Source: Aigarchaeota archaeon (GTDB lineage Archaea; Thermoproteota; Nitrososphaeria_A; Caldarchaeales; Wolframiiraptoraceae). Taken from it: DNA of 64,000 nucleotides. The notes beneath the pieces are model-generated. The model did not search any database. It was not told the origin of the DNA and saw nothing but the letters and a program-made list of their open reading frames with translations. Position 1 is the stretch's first letter. Every line of letters begins with the position of its first letter. The DNA lies in the NCBI GenBank assembly GCA_025059205.1, contig JANXDS010000001.1:76014-140013 (forward strand), in the 5' to 3' direction. Shown here in pieces: positions 29,042-40,007 of the stretch. Both the position numbers and the translations under genes were made by a program.

Positions 29042-29689
29042 TTGGACGAGGAAACCTTCGTAAAAATAATTAACTTGCTAGCTGAGCGTTACGGTATTCA
29101 GGCTCCCGTACATTTAGATAGCCTTGACCCGTTCAAAGTACTCGTGGGTACGGTACTTTCGCATAGAACCCGCGATGAGGTGACGGATTTAGCATTCAGA
29201 AGACTATTCTCAAAGTATAAGAACGTCGAGGAGATCGCAAATGCACCACTCGATGATATAACGCGCCTGATAAAGCCCGTAGGATTTTACAAGGAAAAGG
29301 CTAAAAGGATAAAGGAAATCGCAAAGTTGATACTTGAGCGTTATGGCGGCCAAGTCCCAAGAAGCAGGGAGCTACTTATGGAACTTCCAGGTGTAGGCTA
29401 CAAAACAGCAGATATAGTGTTATCGGTCGCCTACGGTGAACCTATCGTGGCCGTAGATACACATGTCGAGACGATCTCGAAAAGGCTTGGAATAGTTGGT
29501 TGGAACGCGAAGTACGAAGAGATAAGAAAGGGTATAGAGAGGATTACGCCGCCGCATATGAGAAGGATTGTAAACAGAGTGTTAGTTACGTTCGGAAAGG
29601 AAATATGCAGGAAGCCAAGACCAAAATGCGAATCCTGTCCGATAACTGCTTACTGCGAATGGTATACGAAGAAGACTTTGTCGCGTTAG
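29042..29689 (+). CDS. nth: endonuclease III (HhH-GPD)
   Basis: LPGVGYKTA, VDTHV, C.....P.C..C.....C Fe-S motif. Confidence 0.93.
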   Translation: MDEETFVKIINLLAERYGIQAPVHLDSLDPFKVLVGTVLSHRTRDEVTDLAFRRLFSKYKNVEEIANAPLDDITRLIKPVGFYKEKAKRIKEIAKLILERYGGQVPRSRELLMELPGVGYKTADIVLSVAYGEPIVAVDTHVETISKRLGIVGWNAKYEEIRKGIERITPPHMRRIVNRVLVTFGKEICRKPRPKCESCPITAYCEWYTKKTLSR

Positions 29690-29740
29690 TATGTTTTGTA
29701 ACGTAAAAAATAAATACATTATTTTATTAATTACGTTTTT

Positions 29741-29965
29741 ATGACTCAAGAAGAAAAAATAGTAAAGATAGTAGTTCGCAAAAACGGTCCCTATAGGGTT
29801 TATGGGTCTTTCCAACTCGTGGATTACGAGGACAACGCTTTCCAGCTACCTACGGATAAAGAGTTTATCTCCCTTTGTAGGTGCGGCGCCTCGGAAAATA
29901 AGCCGTTTTGTGACGGATCACATCACAAGATAAACTTCCAGGCCGATACTAAGGCCAAGAAGTAA
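29741..29965 (+). CDS. CDGSH iron-sulfur domain protein
   Basis: LCRCGASENKPFCDGSH. Confidence 0.93.
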   Translation: MTQEEKIVKIVVRKNGPYRVYGSFQLVDYEDNAFQLPTDKEFISLCRCGASENKPFCDGSHHKINFQADTKAKK

Positions 29966-30064
29966 CGCCAAAGTTGCATAAATTGCATAAGCGCTAAAGA
30001 TTTTAACATAATTTGCCATCAAAGATAGATTTTAAACGAACATGTTTCCAAGAAAAGTTTTAGG

Positions 30065-31078
30065 ATGATGAAGCGACGAAACTTATTGATAATAACGACA
30101 GTCGTCATCGTAGCACTCGTCCTAATCGCTTCCCTTATTTTCTTGCCCAAAGAGGAAACCAAGTACAGCATCAAGATAGGTAACGTTCCAGCGATAACAT
30201 ACGCTCCAACATACGTTGCGATTAGTCTCTTCATGGACGACGTGGGTATAAATGCGACCTACGTAGCGTTCCCGAGCGGCACTAAGGCAAGGGAGGCCCT
30301 CATAACCGGCGAGATAGACTTTGCCTCACTATCAACGGTGCACGTACCCATAGCTAGGCTTAAGGATAGGCCCCTGAAGATAATAATGTCGCTGCACTCC
30401 CGAGAAATATTTTCGCTGATGGTCAGGTCGGAATTGAAGGATACCGTTAAGGATGTTAAAGACCTGAAAGGTTTGAGGCTGGGTTTCTCGGCACCTGGTG
30501 CGGGAAGTTGGGCGTTTGCTGTCTACCTCTTAAAAAAAGCCGGACTCGAACCTGGGAAGGATGTAGAAATGGTGGCCGTTGGAGAACTTTCGACAATGTA
30601 CTCAGCCTTAAAGGCTGGAAAGGTTGACGCAGCCATGACGTGGGATCCGTTGACGACGCAGCTGATAGAAAGTGGTGAGGCTTACGCTTTGGTAGATCTC
30701 TACGACCCGGAACAGCACGCCAAGTTGTTGGGAGATGAAGCGATGTCGCAGGTCTTAGTCACGAATGAGAACCTCATATCTAAGAATCCTGGCCTCGTCG
30801 AGAGGGTCGTGAGGGCTCACGAGATGGCCTTGGAGTTCATTAAGAAAGAGGATACCAGGAAGGTTGCCGAGATCCTCCAACCGTACTTCAAGGGTATGGA
30901 TATAACGTTACTTGAGAAGGTCTTGAAGAGGATAAAAGAGGCTATACCTGAGGATGGTAGCCTAAGCGAGTCAGCCTACTACGCTGACCTAGTGCCGTTA
31001 ATCGAAACTGGTGTTCTAGAGAAAGGTGTGAAGTTCGAAGAAGCCGTAGACTGGAGATTTGTCGGCAGGAGACCTTAA
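30065..31078 (+). CDS. ABC transporter substrate-binding protein (SsuA/TauA/NMT1-like)
   Basis: N-terminal TM anchor, DLKG.RLG, GKVDAA..WDP. Confidence 0.85.
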   Translation: MMKRRNLLIITTVVIVALVLIASLIFLPKEETKYSIKIGNVPAITYAPTYVAISLFMDDVGINATYVAFPSGTKAREALITGEIDFASLSTVHVPIARLKDRPLKIIMSLHSREIFSLMVRSELKDTVKDVKDLKGLRLGFSAPGAGSWAFAVYLLKKAGLEPGKDVEMVAVGELSTMYSALKAGKVDAAMTWDPLTTQLIESGEAYALVDLYDPEQHAKLLGDEAMSQVLVTNENLISKNPGLVERVVRAHEMALEFIKKEDTRKVAEILQPYFKGMDITLLEKVLKRIKEAIPEDGSLSESAYYADLVPLIETGVLEKGVKFEEAVDWRFVGRRP

Positions 31079-31080
31079 TT

Positions 31081-31890
31081 ATGAATACGGAATGCGTATC
31101 GGTTGACGGACTGAGCGTCTCTTATCTTTCATCGACGGGAAGACTTGAGGCGCTTCGGAACGTGTCATTCAAAGTATACGACGGCGAATTCGTCACAATA
31201 GTTGGTCCAAGCGGTTGTGGGAAGACTACATTACTTAATGCCATAGCAGGTCTGCTAACTTTTCGAAAGGATGTGTTGATGGACGGCAAGGTATTCGTCA
31301 AGAATGCCAGAAGTATAGGTTACGTTTTTCAAAGAGATGCGCTCCTTCCTTGGAGGACGGTCATCGATAACGTCGCGCTAGGTCTCGAAATCAGAAAATT
31401 TCCAAAGGAAAAAAGAAAGGATATAGCGCTAGGCTTCTTGAAAATGGTTGGACTTGAAGATTACGAGAATAAGTATCCACGTGAACTATCCGTGGGTATG
31501 AGACAGAGGGTTGCGTTGGTTAGGGCTATCGCATATGATCCGGAAATCATACTTATGGATGAGCCGCTCGGCTCGCTTGACGCCCAAACTAGGATGGCTC
31601 TTCAGGATGAGGTACTGATGATACATGAGAGGACACGAAAGACCGTGCTAATGGTTACGCACGACATAGCCGAGGCCATAATATTGAGTGACAGAGTACT
31701 CGTGATGAGCAGCAGACCTGGTAGCGTAAAGTCAGAGTACTTCATCGAATTACCAAAACCCAGGTCCGCATTCAGTTCAAGACTCGAGCCAGAATTTAAT
31801 AGGCTTTATAGGCTCATACTGGATGACCTAAAGGAAGGTATACGATCGGGTCGGCAAGATCTCCGTGAACGTGGAAGGTACGGGTCATGA
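31081..31890 (+). CDS. ABC transporter ATPase (NitT/TauT family)
   Basis: GPSGCGKTT, LLPWRTV, LSVGMRQR, DEP. Confidence 0.92.
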   Translation: MNTECVSVDGLSVSYLSSTGRLEALRNVSFKVYDGEFVTIVGPSGCGKTTLLNAIAGLLTFRKDVLMDGKVFVKNARSIGYVFQRDALLPWRTVIDNVALGLEIRKFPKEKRKDIALGFLKMVGLEDYENKYPRELSVGMRQRVALVRAIAYDPEIILMDEPLGSLDAQTRMALQDEVLMIHERTRKTVLMVTHDIAEAIILSDRVLVMSSRPGSVKSEYFIELPKPRSAFSSRLEPEFNRLYRLILDDLKEGIRSGRQDLRERGRYGS

Positions 31891-32678
31891 AGTTCCTAAA
31901 GAATAGCTGGACGTTACATCTAAGGCGTTTAATGCTTCTGATAACGTTCTTATTTCTTTGGGAAGCCTTAGCCGGTGGAATACACCCATCTTTTTCACTC
32001 TTCGACCCATTTTACTCGAGTAGTCCAACCCGTATTGCACGCGAACTATACGTGCTTTTCTTCCAAGAGAACATCCTAAAGGATATACTCATAACGCTTG
32101 GAGAAGCTTTCGCAGGTCTTGTTATAGGTATAGCGAGCGGTGTAGCTTTAGGTCTAATTTTCGCCTACTCAGAGCCGATAGCCTCTACATTCGAACCGCT
32201 AATGTCTGCGCTGAACTCCATTCCTAGACCGGCACTTGCACCATTAGTCATCTTCTGGTTTGGTATTGGAATCTTCTCTAAGATATTCCTAGCATGGTCG
32301 ATCGTGTTCTTTGTCATATTCTACAACACCTATCTCGGTATAAAATCCATAGACCCGGATATACTGAACGTCATGAGGGTCATGAACGCCAGCAGGTTTC
32401 AGACGATGCGAATAGTTATTCTGCCATCCGTGGCATCATGGATATTTGCAGGTCTAAGGCTTAGCATCTCGTATGCTCTCATAGGCGCGATAATAGGAGA
32501 ATTCGTCGGCGCAACTGCAGGTATTGGATACCAACTCATCTATGCCGAGGGACTCTTAATGAGTGATAGGCTCTATGCGCTAGTTTTGATAATTGCTGTC
32601 ATGGGTGCTACACTCGTGGAAATTACCAAACGGGTAGAAAGCAAACTCTTAAGATGGAGACCGGAAGTCATTCTTTAA
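31887..32678 (+). CDS. ABC transporter permease (NitT/TauT family)
   Basis: Multiple TM helices; LP..ASWIFAGLR, GE..G...GIG. Confidence 0.9.
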   Translation: MKFLKNSWTLHLRRLMLLITFLFLWEALAGGIHPSFSLFDPFYSSSPTRIARELYVLFFQENILKDILITLGEAFAGLVIGIASGVALGLIFAYSEPIASTFEPLMSALNSIPRPALAPLVIFWFGIGIFSKIFLAWSIVFFVIFYNTYLGIKSIDPDILNVMRVMNASRFQTMRIVILPSVASWIFAGLRLSISYALIGAIIGEFVGATAGIGYQLIYAEGLLMSDRLYALVLIIAVMGATLVEITKRVESKLLRWRPEVIL

Positions 32679-33528
32679 CTATCATAACATCTAAACTAAT
32701 ATCTATAGACCTAGCGGAGTGCGTAATCTCACCTATTGAGATTATGTCCACACCGGTTGTTGCATATTCAACGACATTCTCTTCGGTGATACCGCCTGAT
32801 GCTTCGATTAACAGTCTTTCCCGTAATCCGGCTGCTTCTAACGTTTTGATCACCTCTTTGATTTCGGATGGTTCCATGTTGTCGAGCATTATTATATCGG
32901 CACCCCCTTTCGCAGCTTCGAGCGCATCCTTCACGTTCGAAACTTCAACTTCAACTTTTATAGCAAAGCTCGCGAGCTTTTTTGCTCTCTCGACCGCTAA
33001 CCTAACGTCGCCTAGGACAGCTATGTGGTTGTCCTTTATCAGCACCATGCTCGACAAATCGTATCTATGAGTATCGCCGCCACCTATCCTTACGGCTTTC
33101 TTCTCGAAAAACCTTAAACCCGGTAACGTCTTTCTCGTGGCCGCAACCCTTACATTTGGGTTTACTCGACGTACTTTCTCAACAATCCTTCTCGTATGTG
33201 TAGCTACACCGCACATATGCGCAAGTAGGTTTAGGAGAACCCTCTCGACCGATAAAATATTCCTTACGCTGCCTGTGAGTTCCAGCAAGACTTCGCCCTT
33301 ATCAAAAGGTTCTCCATCCTTCTTGAGGACTTTAACGTTAAGATTAACCAGATCTGCCAGCTCTTTAGCTTCATCACCACCACACATTATGCCCGGCTCT
33401 TTTGCTATCACAACCCCTTTACCTAACGCATCTTCCGGAATTAATAACTCGCTCGTTACATCTCCCCAGCCTAAATCCTCTTCAAGGAATTTAAGCAGCT
33501 GCCTCCTCAAACTCATCACTAGAACCAC
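32668..33528 (-). CDS. nadC: quinolinate phosphoribosyltransferase
   Basis: ED...GDVT, TRKTLPG, HR..LS, IKDNH, MLDN, EASGGI. Confidence 0.96.
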   Translation of the reverse strand: MVLVMSLRRQLLKFLEEDLGWGDVTSELLIPEDALGKGVVIAKEPGIMCGGDEAKELADLVNLNVKVLKKDGEPFDKGEVLLELTGSVRNILSVERVLLNLLAHMCGVATHTRRIVEKVRRVNPNVRVAATRKTLPGLRFFEKKAVRIGGGDTHRYDLSSMVLIKDNHIAVLGDVRLAVERAKKLASFAIKVEVEVSNVKDALEAAKGGADIIMLDNMEPSEIKEVIKTLEAAGLRERLLIEASGGITEENVVEYATTGVDIISIGEITHSARSIDISLDVMIVKE

Positions 33529-33563
33529 TTACGTCATATAGTGTTAAAACAAGAAAATTAAGT

Positions 33564-35144
33564 CTACGTTGAACCTCCAACAGCTGTTAACTGCTTTCTG
33601 ACGTAAAAATCTTGACTCAACTTTCTACCGGTGCGCCGCTCCCACTCAGGGATAGGTATGCCGTACTTCGCCTGTATAACGTCTCTGTAAATCTCTGGTA
33701 AAACGTTGAAGGCGCAAAACGGGATAATGCGACCGTCCGGCACGAGGTAGTGAATACTGCACCTTTTAACTCTCTCTATGTCGTAGTTGTACTTGTCTTG
33801 GAAGTGCATCATACCAAGGAAAAGGCTTCTTTTGTGCCACTCGCCAAGGCTTCTGTAGTCATGCTTTACAAGCATCTGGAAGAGGATTCTGGATATGTTC
33901 AGTCCAGTGGGCTTTTTACTTTCATTTATAAAACTCTTTATCTTCATGAGCAGCTTTAACCCGACCACGTACTTATTCTTTCCTTGCCTTATCTCTTCTG
34001 CCTTTTCAGAGACGTAATTAAGCAAACCTTCAACATCGACGAAGTCAGTTATCGGTACGAGCCTGTCTCCGTCTTTAAAAACGTAGGTTCCGGCACCGCA
34101 AACAAAGTGAGGCGTCAACTCATACTGTGGCCTAAGTGTTAGGGCCTCTACGAAGTGCGTCACTGGCGTACACGTAGGAACCGGAAACCAAGCATCCGCC
34201 GGTATCTGTCCATCCGTTTGCTCTTCTATGAGGTGAATACAGTCAGGTATTGTTATCCTATACTTCTCTCTGTCTTTTCTTGGCATCAAACCCGTTAAGG
34301 ATACCGGTTGGAAGTTCACAGACCTGACTATGTCTATGTTTCTGAAACCAAACCTGATAATTTCTCCCAACTCATGATCGTTGACGGACTTTATTATAGT
34401 AGGTACAAGAACGACACCAGTGTTAAGCTTCCTTGCATTATCCAAAATTGCTGGCACCTCCCAGTGGTTCTTCAAGTTCGCCTCTGGTGTTACACCATCG
34501 AAGCTTAGGTATAGCGTGCTCAAGCCAGCCTCCTTAACCTTTCTGAAAAACTCGAAGTCGTTGGCGAGCCTTATGCCGTTCGTGTTAAGCTGGACATGGT
34601 CGACACCGTGCTTTTTAATTATGCGTATTATCTCGGGAAGGTCATCTCTCAGGCATGGCTCCCCACCAGTCAACTGTACGGAGTTACCCGGCACCGGTCT
34701 CTCCATCCTAAGTATCTTTACCATCTCATCTATTTGTTCCAACGTAGGCTCGTAAACATACCCTGCCCTCTCGCTGTAGAAGAAGCAGTACCAGCACCTT
34801 ATGTCGCACCTGTTTGTTACAACAAGGTTTGCGAGAGCCGTGTGGCTCAGATGCATGCTGCATAGACCACAGTCCATTGGACAGGTCGGTTCCTTGATCT
34901 GGACGTTTGGGTTCTCTATCCCTTTACCGTCGTGTGCCCATCTGCTAAACCTTCTGTACATATTCACGTCGCCAAAGTAAAGTTCCTCGACGTAACCGTG
35001 CTCGGGACAAGATTTTCTCATCATAACTTTTCCATCGATTTCGACAAGCTGTGCCGGTATTATCGCATTGCAAGTAGGACAAACGCTCTGGGTAGTGGTG
35101 ATGACATTAGCATCTTCCTTTAAAGATTTAACGGCTTGAGTCAA
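33564..35144 (-). CDS. tes: tetraether lipid synthase (GDGT macrocyclic radical SAM enzyme)
   Basis: N-terminal CPTC..CPEH rubredoxin-like site, CPMDCGLC, TNRC...C.YCF, HFQD.YNYD..RVKRC.IHY, IPFC. Confidence 0.88.
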   Translation of the reverse strand: MTQAVKSLKEDANVITTTQSVCPTCNAIIPAQLVEIDGKVMMRKSCPEHGYVEELYFGDVNMYRRFSRWAHDGKGIENPNVQIKEPTCPMDCGLCSMHLSHTALANLVVTNRCDIRCWYCFFYSERAGYVYEPTLEQIDEMVKILRMERPVPGNSVQLTGGEPCLRDDLPEIIRIIKKHGVDHVQLNTNGIRLANDFEFFRKVKEAGLSTLYLSFDGVTPEANLKNHWEVPAILDNARKLNTGVVLVPTIIKSVNDHELGEIIRFGFRNIDIVRSVNFQPVSLTGLMPRKDREKYRITIPDCIHLIEEQTDGQIPADAWFPVPTCTPVTHFVEALTLRPQYELTPHFVCGAGTYVFKDGDRLVPITDFVDVEGLLNYVSEKAEEIRQGKNKYVVGLKLLMKIKSFINESKKPTGLNISRILFQMLVKHDYRSLGEWHKRSLFLGMMHFQDKYNYDIERVKRCSIHYLVPDGRIIPFCAFNVLPEIYRDVIQAKYGIPIPEWERRTGRKLSQDFYVRKQLTAVGGST

Positions 35145-35387
35145 GAGATAGCACCGAGCTTATCACATAAGAACCCTTTGCGATTTTTAAACGTTTCTAA
35201 CCGAATACATAGATGAGTGGTGTTAGTACGTTTCCAATAGATGAGTAAACCACACTTCAACAACGTTCCACGTTCATCATCCGTTAAAATTTTTTACAGT
35301 TATAGAACAAAGACCTTTTATTATAAATCCGCCACCTCACCTTTAAATTTCGGAATAAATTTCTAATCTTAAGGGAGCGCCCAGGCT

Positions 35388-36071
35388 TTGCCAGACGAAA
35401 TAGAGGTAATAGTACCCGATAAAGAGGAGGTCCTTGACATAGAACTTGAAGAGGATTTACTCGAAGCCAATAGAAAAATAGCCGAAGAAAATAAACAACT
35501 CTTAGAAAAGTACCGAATAAGAGCAATTGATGTAATGGGCTCGGTGGGTTCGGGAAAAACGACGTTGATCGAAAGACTGATAGGGCTACTAAAGGACAGA
35601 TATAGAATCGCGGTGTTCGGTGGCGATGTTACGACGACGATAGACGCCGAAAGATTAAGGAAGGCTGGTGCTAAGACGTTACAGATAAACACTGGTAAGG
35701 AATGTCACCTTGATGCCAACCTCGTGAGAAAGGCTCTAGGCAAAATAGACCTAAACGACATCGACGTACTTTTCATAGAGAATGTTGGGAACCTCATATG
35801 TCCGGCCGAATTTCCACTTGGAACTGACAGCAGAGTCGTCGTCATAAGTGTGACAGAGGGCCCCTACACACCACTGAAGCACCCTTACATATTCATGGAA
35901 GCTGATGTAGCAGTCATCAATAAGATAGATCTAGCTGAAGCCATGGATGTGGACGTTAACGAGTTGGAGGCTAAGATAAAAAAAGTTTCTCCGGATGTTG
36001 TGGTCGTTAGGACGAGTTGCAAAACCGGCGAGGGTATAGAGAAGGTAGCTAAGGTACTGGGTCTGTTATAG
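35388..36071 (+). CDS. hypB: hydrogenase nickel incorporation GTPase
   Basis: GSGKTT, CHLDA, IENVGNLICP, NKID. Confidence 0.96.
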   Translation: MPDEIEVIVPDKEEVLDIELEEDLLEANRKIAEENKQLLEKYRIRAIDVMGSVGSGKTTLIERLIGLLKDRYRIAVFGGDVTTTIDAERLRKAGAKTLQINTGKECHLDANLVRKALGKIDLNDIDVLFIENVGNLICPAEFPLGTDSRVVVISVTEGPYTPLKHPYIFMEADVAVINKIDLAEAMDVDVNELEAKIKKVSPDVVVVRTSCKTGEGIEKVAKVLGLL

Positions 36072-36073
36072 AC

Positions 36074-36445
36074 ATGCACGAGTTCTCTGTAGTGTTAAAC
36101 CTCATAGAGAAAGTGGTGGAGGAAGCTAAGAAAAGAGACGCGAAAAGAGTTATAGAGGTTGAATTGGACGTCGGTCAGTTATCCTTCCTTAATCCAGAAC
36201 AGATGCGCTTCGCGTACAACGTACTTTCTAAGGACACGATCCTAGAAAATTCCAATCTAATAATCAACACCGTAGACGCCCGTGTTAGATGCGGGGTATG
36301 CGGTTTTGATGGTAAGCCGGACTATGCGGATGACGCATCTTATCATATCTCGGCGCCTCTGTTCCTGTGCCCTATCTGTGGAAACCCTGTGGAAGTTATA
36401 GAGGGGAAGGGTTGCATCATAAAAAGGGTGAGGCTTGAACTTTAG
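36074..36445 (+). CDS. hypA: hydrogenase nickel metallochaperone
   Basis: MHE N-terminus, CGVC and CPIC. Confidence 0.96.
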   Translation: MHEFSVVLNLIEKVVEEAKKRDAKRVIEVELDVGQLSFLNPEQMRFAYNVLSKDTILENSNLIINTVDARVRCGVCGFDGKPDYADDASYHISAPLFLCPICGNPVEVIEGKGCIIKRVRLEL

Positions 36446-36493
36446 AGGTCTGACGAGGGTTTATTAGCTAGAATGACGTGATTTTATAGAAGA

Positions 36494-36709
36494 ATGTGCT
36501 TAGCTATACCCGCAAAGGTTATCGAAAAAACCGGTAACATAGCCAAGGTAGATTTTGGTGATAGTACACTCAGAGAGGTTGACGTATCGCTTGTAGAAGT
36601 TTCAGTAGGACAGTATGTGCTTGTTCACGCTGGCTACGCCATACAAGTTCTTGATGAAGAAGAAGCGCTCAAGACGATAGAGTTGTTGTCAGATATGCTT
36701 AGCGAATGA
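36494..36709 (+). CDS. hypC: hydrogenase chaperone
   Basis: MCLAIP, VLVHAGYAI. Confidence 0.97.
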   Translation: MCLAIPAKVIEKTGNIAKVDFGDSTLREVDVSLVEVSVGQYVLVHAGYAIQVLDEEEALKTIELLSDMLSE

Positions 36710-36733
36710 TGGTTGTATCTTTGGTGATACTGG

Positions 36734-37819
36734 TTGAGTTTTTTGAAGGAATTCAGGAATAGAGAGTTAGCGGAGGCACTTGTACGCAAGCTCAGGGACA
36801 TCCCTTTGAGGAAACCTATTAAGATATGTCATGTATGCGGTACGCATGAATGGACAATAGTCCATTATGGTTTACGCTCACTCCTCCCAGCCAACATAGA
36901 GCTCATCGCCGGACCTGGCTGCCCTGTATGTATAACCCCCGCGTTGGATATAGACCAAGCCGCTGAGCTTGCACTTCAAGGCAAGATTGTCACTGTATTC
37001 GGAGACGTGTCAAGGTCCATTGGTACTAAATACTCCTTAGAGGCTGTAAGGTCCGAAGGCGGTAGCGTGAAAATTGTTTATAGCATAATCGACGCCATAA
37101 AAATAGCGAAATCGGATCAAAGCAAGGAGGTTGTCTTCTTCGCAGTAGGCTTTGAGACTACTGCTCCAATCACTGCACTATACATACTTAGAACTCCGCC
37201 GAAAAACTTCTCGATACTCAACTCGCATAGATACGTGCCGCCCGCGGTCATTAACCTTTACTCGCGTGGTAAGTTGGAAATGGACGGCGTAATAGCTCCT
37301 GGTCACGCCACAACTATAAGTGGTTTAAAGGCTTACGAGCCTCTCGCTAAAGAATACGGGATACCCGTCGTTGCTTCCGGCTTTGAGCCCGTGGACGTTT
37401 TGATGTCTATCTTCATGCTAGTTAAACAGATATCAGAAGGTAAGGCGGAGGTGCTGAATCAGTATTCGAGATCCGTTACATGGGAAGGCAATGTTAAAGC
37501 AATGCAAACGATCGGCCGTGTGTTCGAGCTGACCGATGCTCACTGGAGGGGTATAGGCAAGATAGACCATAGCGGCTTCGTATTAAAGGACGAGTTTAAG
37601 GATTACGACGCAAGGTACAAGTACGGTCTGAAGAATGTGGACTACGCCAGCGAAATGCATCCGGGATGCAGATGCGCCGAGGTTATGCTTGGAAGGATTA
37701 AGCCTACACAATGCCCGCTCTACATGAAAACGTGCAAGCCAAATAAACCCATCGGACCGTGTATGGTCTCCGTAGAAGGTGCATGCAGGATATGGGCAAC
37801 CCACATGTTGTTACCATGA
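36734..37819 (+). CDS. hypD: hydrogenase maturation protein
   Basis: CGTHE, GPGCPVC, GFETT, PGH, CMVS.EG.C. Confidence 0.97.
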   Translation: MSFLKEFRNRELAEALVRKLRDIPLRKPIKICHVCGTHEWTIVHYGLRSLLPANIELIAGPGCPVCITPALDIDQAAELALQGKIVTVFGDVSRSIGTKYSLEAVRSEGGSVKIVYSIIDAIKIAKSDQSKEVVFFAVGFETTAPITALYILRTPPKNFSILNSHRYVPPAVINLYSRGKLEMDGVIAPGHATTISGLKAYEPLAKEYGIPVVASGFEPVDVLMSIFMLVKQISEGKAEVLNQYSRSVTWEGNVKAMQTIGRVFELTDAHWRGIGKIDHSGFVLKDEFKDYDARYKYGLKNVDYASEMHPGCRCAEVMLGRIKPTQCPLYMKTCKPNKPIGPCMVSVEGACRIWATHMLLP

Positions 37820-37865
37820 TTATTGAAAAAGTTATATACGCACAAAAATTCTCAAAATATGACTT

Positions 37866-38981
37866 ATGAGTACGAAACGAGAGTCGCCAGAATACGTAAG
37901 AATAAGTCTTGCTGCGGCCATGACCCTGGGTCTGGTAAATGGTGCATTCTTTAGGAATGCGACCCTATATTGCGTTAACCTTCTCTTAACGTACGACAGT
38001 GGTTGCGTAGGAAGGTGTGCTTACTGCGGACTTTCCAGAAGTAGGAAGCTAGAGAAGGTTTGGACCGACTATAGCTTCATACGTGTTGACTGGCCGACGG
38101 TTAGCCTAGACGAGGTCCTTGAAAGGATAGATTCGTGCCCATATGTCGAAAGGGTTTGCGTATCGATGGTAACAAACCGCAAAGCACCTGAGGATTGTCT
38201 AACTATCGTCAGGAGGTTACGCGAAAGGACGGACTCGATATCCAGTCTGATAACGCCGACGATAATAGACCGTAGCTGGCTCGAGGAGTTAAAGAGGGTA
38301 GGGGCCGACAAAGTAGGTATAGCGATAGATGCTGCTACGCCGGAGCTTTTTGACAAGTTAAGGGGCAAAGGGGTTAATGGTCCCCATCGTTGGGAGAAAT
38401 ACTGGAATACGGTCGAAGAGGCTATAGAGGTATTCGGCAAGTACAATGTTGGTATTCACTTGATAGTCGGCCTTGGTGAGACTGAGGAAGAGATGGTTAG
38501 GTGCATACAAACGGCTTATGATATTGGTGCGCTAACGCATCTGTTCTCATTCTTCCCAGAAGAGGGCTCAGCTATGGAGAAAAGCTCCCAACCTCCGATC
38601 GGACAGTATAGGCGTGTGCAGCTCGCCCGCTACTTGATTAACAAAGGTCTAACGGTCGTTGACAATATGCGTTTTGACAATTCCGGAAGATTGATAGATT
38701 TTGGTCTAGAAAAAGATGTACTCGATGAAGTGATAGAAAGTGGACTTCCTTTCATGACATCAGGATGTGCCAGTAAGAAAAGAGATAACGCGTGCAACAG
38801 GCCCTTCTCGGATTATACGCCGTACCATGCTCTAATAGGTGAAATAAGAAATTATCCATTCGTACCAACAAAGGAGGATATCAAGCTGATAAGAAGACAG
38901 TTGCAGGACTACTCCAACATTCCGGTTAAAGTATGGGTAGAAGGACTGGAAGGTCTATCGGGATGTGCTGAACATATCTAG
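37866..38981 (+). CDS. lipS2: radical SAM lipoyl synthase subunit, LipS2-type
   Basis: C...CAYC plus C-terminal TSGC...CNRP resembling the LipS2 TxGCPxC(N/D)RP motif; next to a lipoate ligase. Confidence 0.78.
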   Translation: MSTKRESPEYVRISLAAAMTLGLVNGAFFRNATLYCVNLLLTYDSGCVGRCAYCGLSRSRKLEKVWTDYSFIRVDWPTVSLDEVLERIDSCPYVERVCVSMVTNRKAPEDCLTIVRRLRERTDSISSLITPTIIDRSWLEELKRVGADKVGIAIDAATPELFDKLRGKGVNGPHRWEKYWNTVEEAIEVFGKYNVGIHLIVGLGETEEEMVRCIQTAYDIGALTHLFSFFPEEGSAMEKSSQPPIGQYRRVQLARYLINKGLTVVDNMRFDNSGRLIDFGLEKDVLDEVIESGLPFMTSGCASKKRDNACNRPFSDYTPYHALIGEIRNYPFVPTKEDIKLIRRQLQDYSNIPVKVWVEGLEGLSGCAEHI

Positions 38982-39010
38982 GCTAAGCTAACGGTGTCAT
39001 CGGTGGTTTT

Positions 39011-40003
<993 letters not shown>

Positions 40004-40007
40004 TGTA

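Noticed and set aside
35221-35283. C/D box sRNA on the minus strand (ATGATGA at ~35280)
   Set aside because: No CTGA D box at the expected distance.
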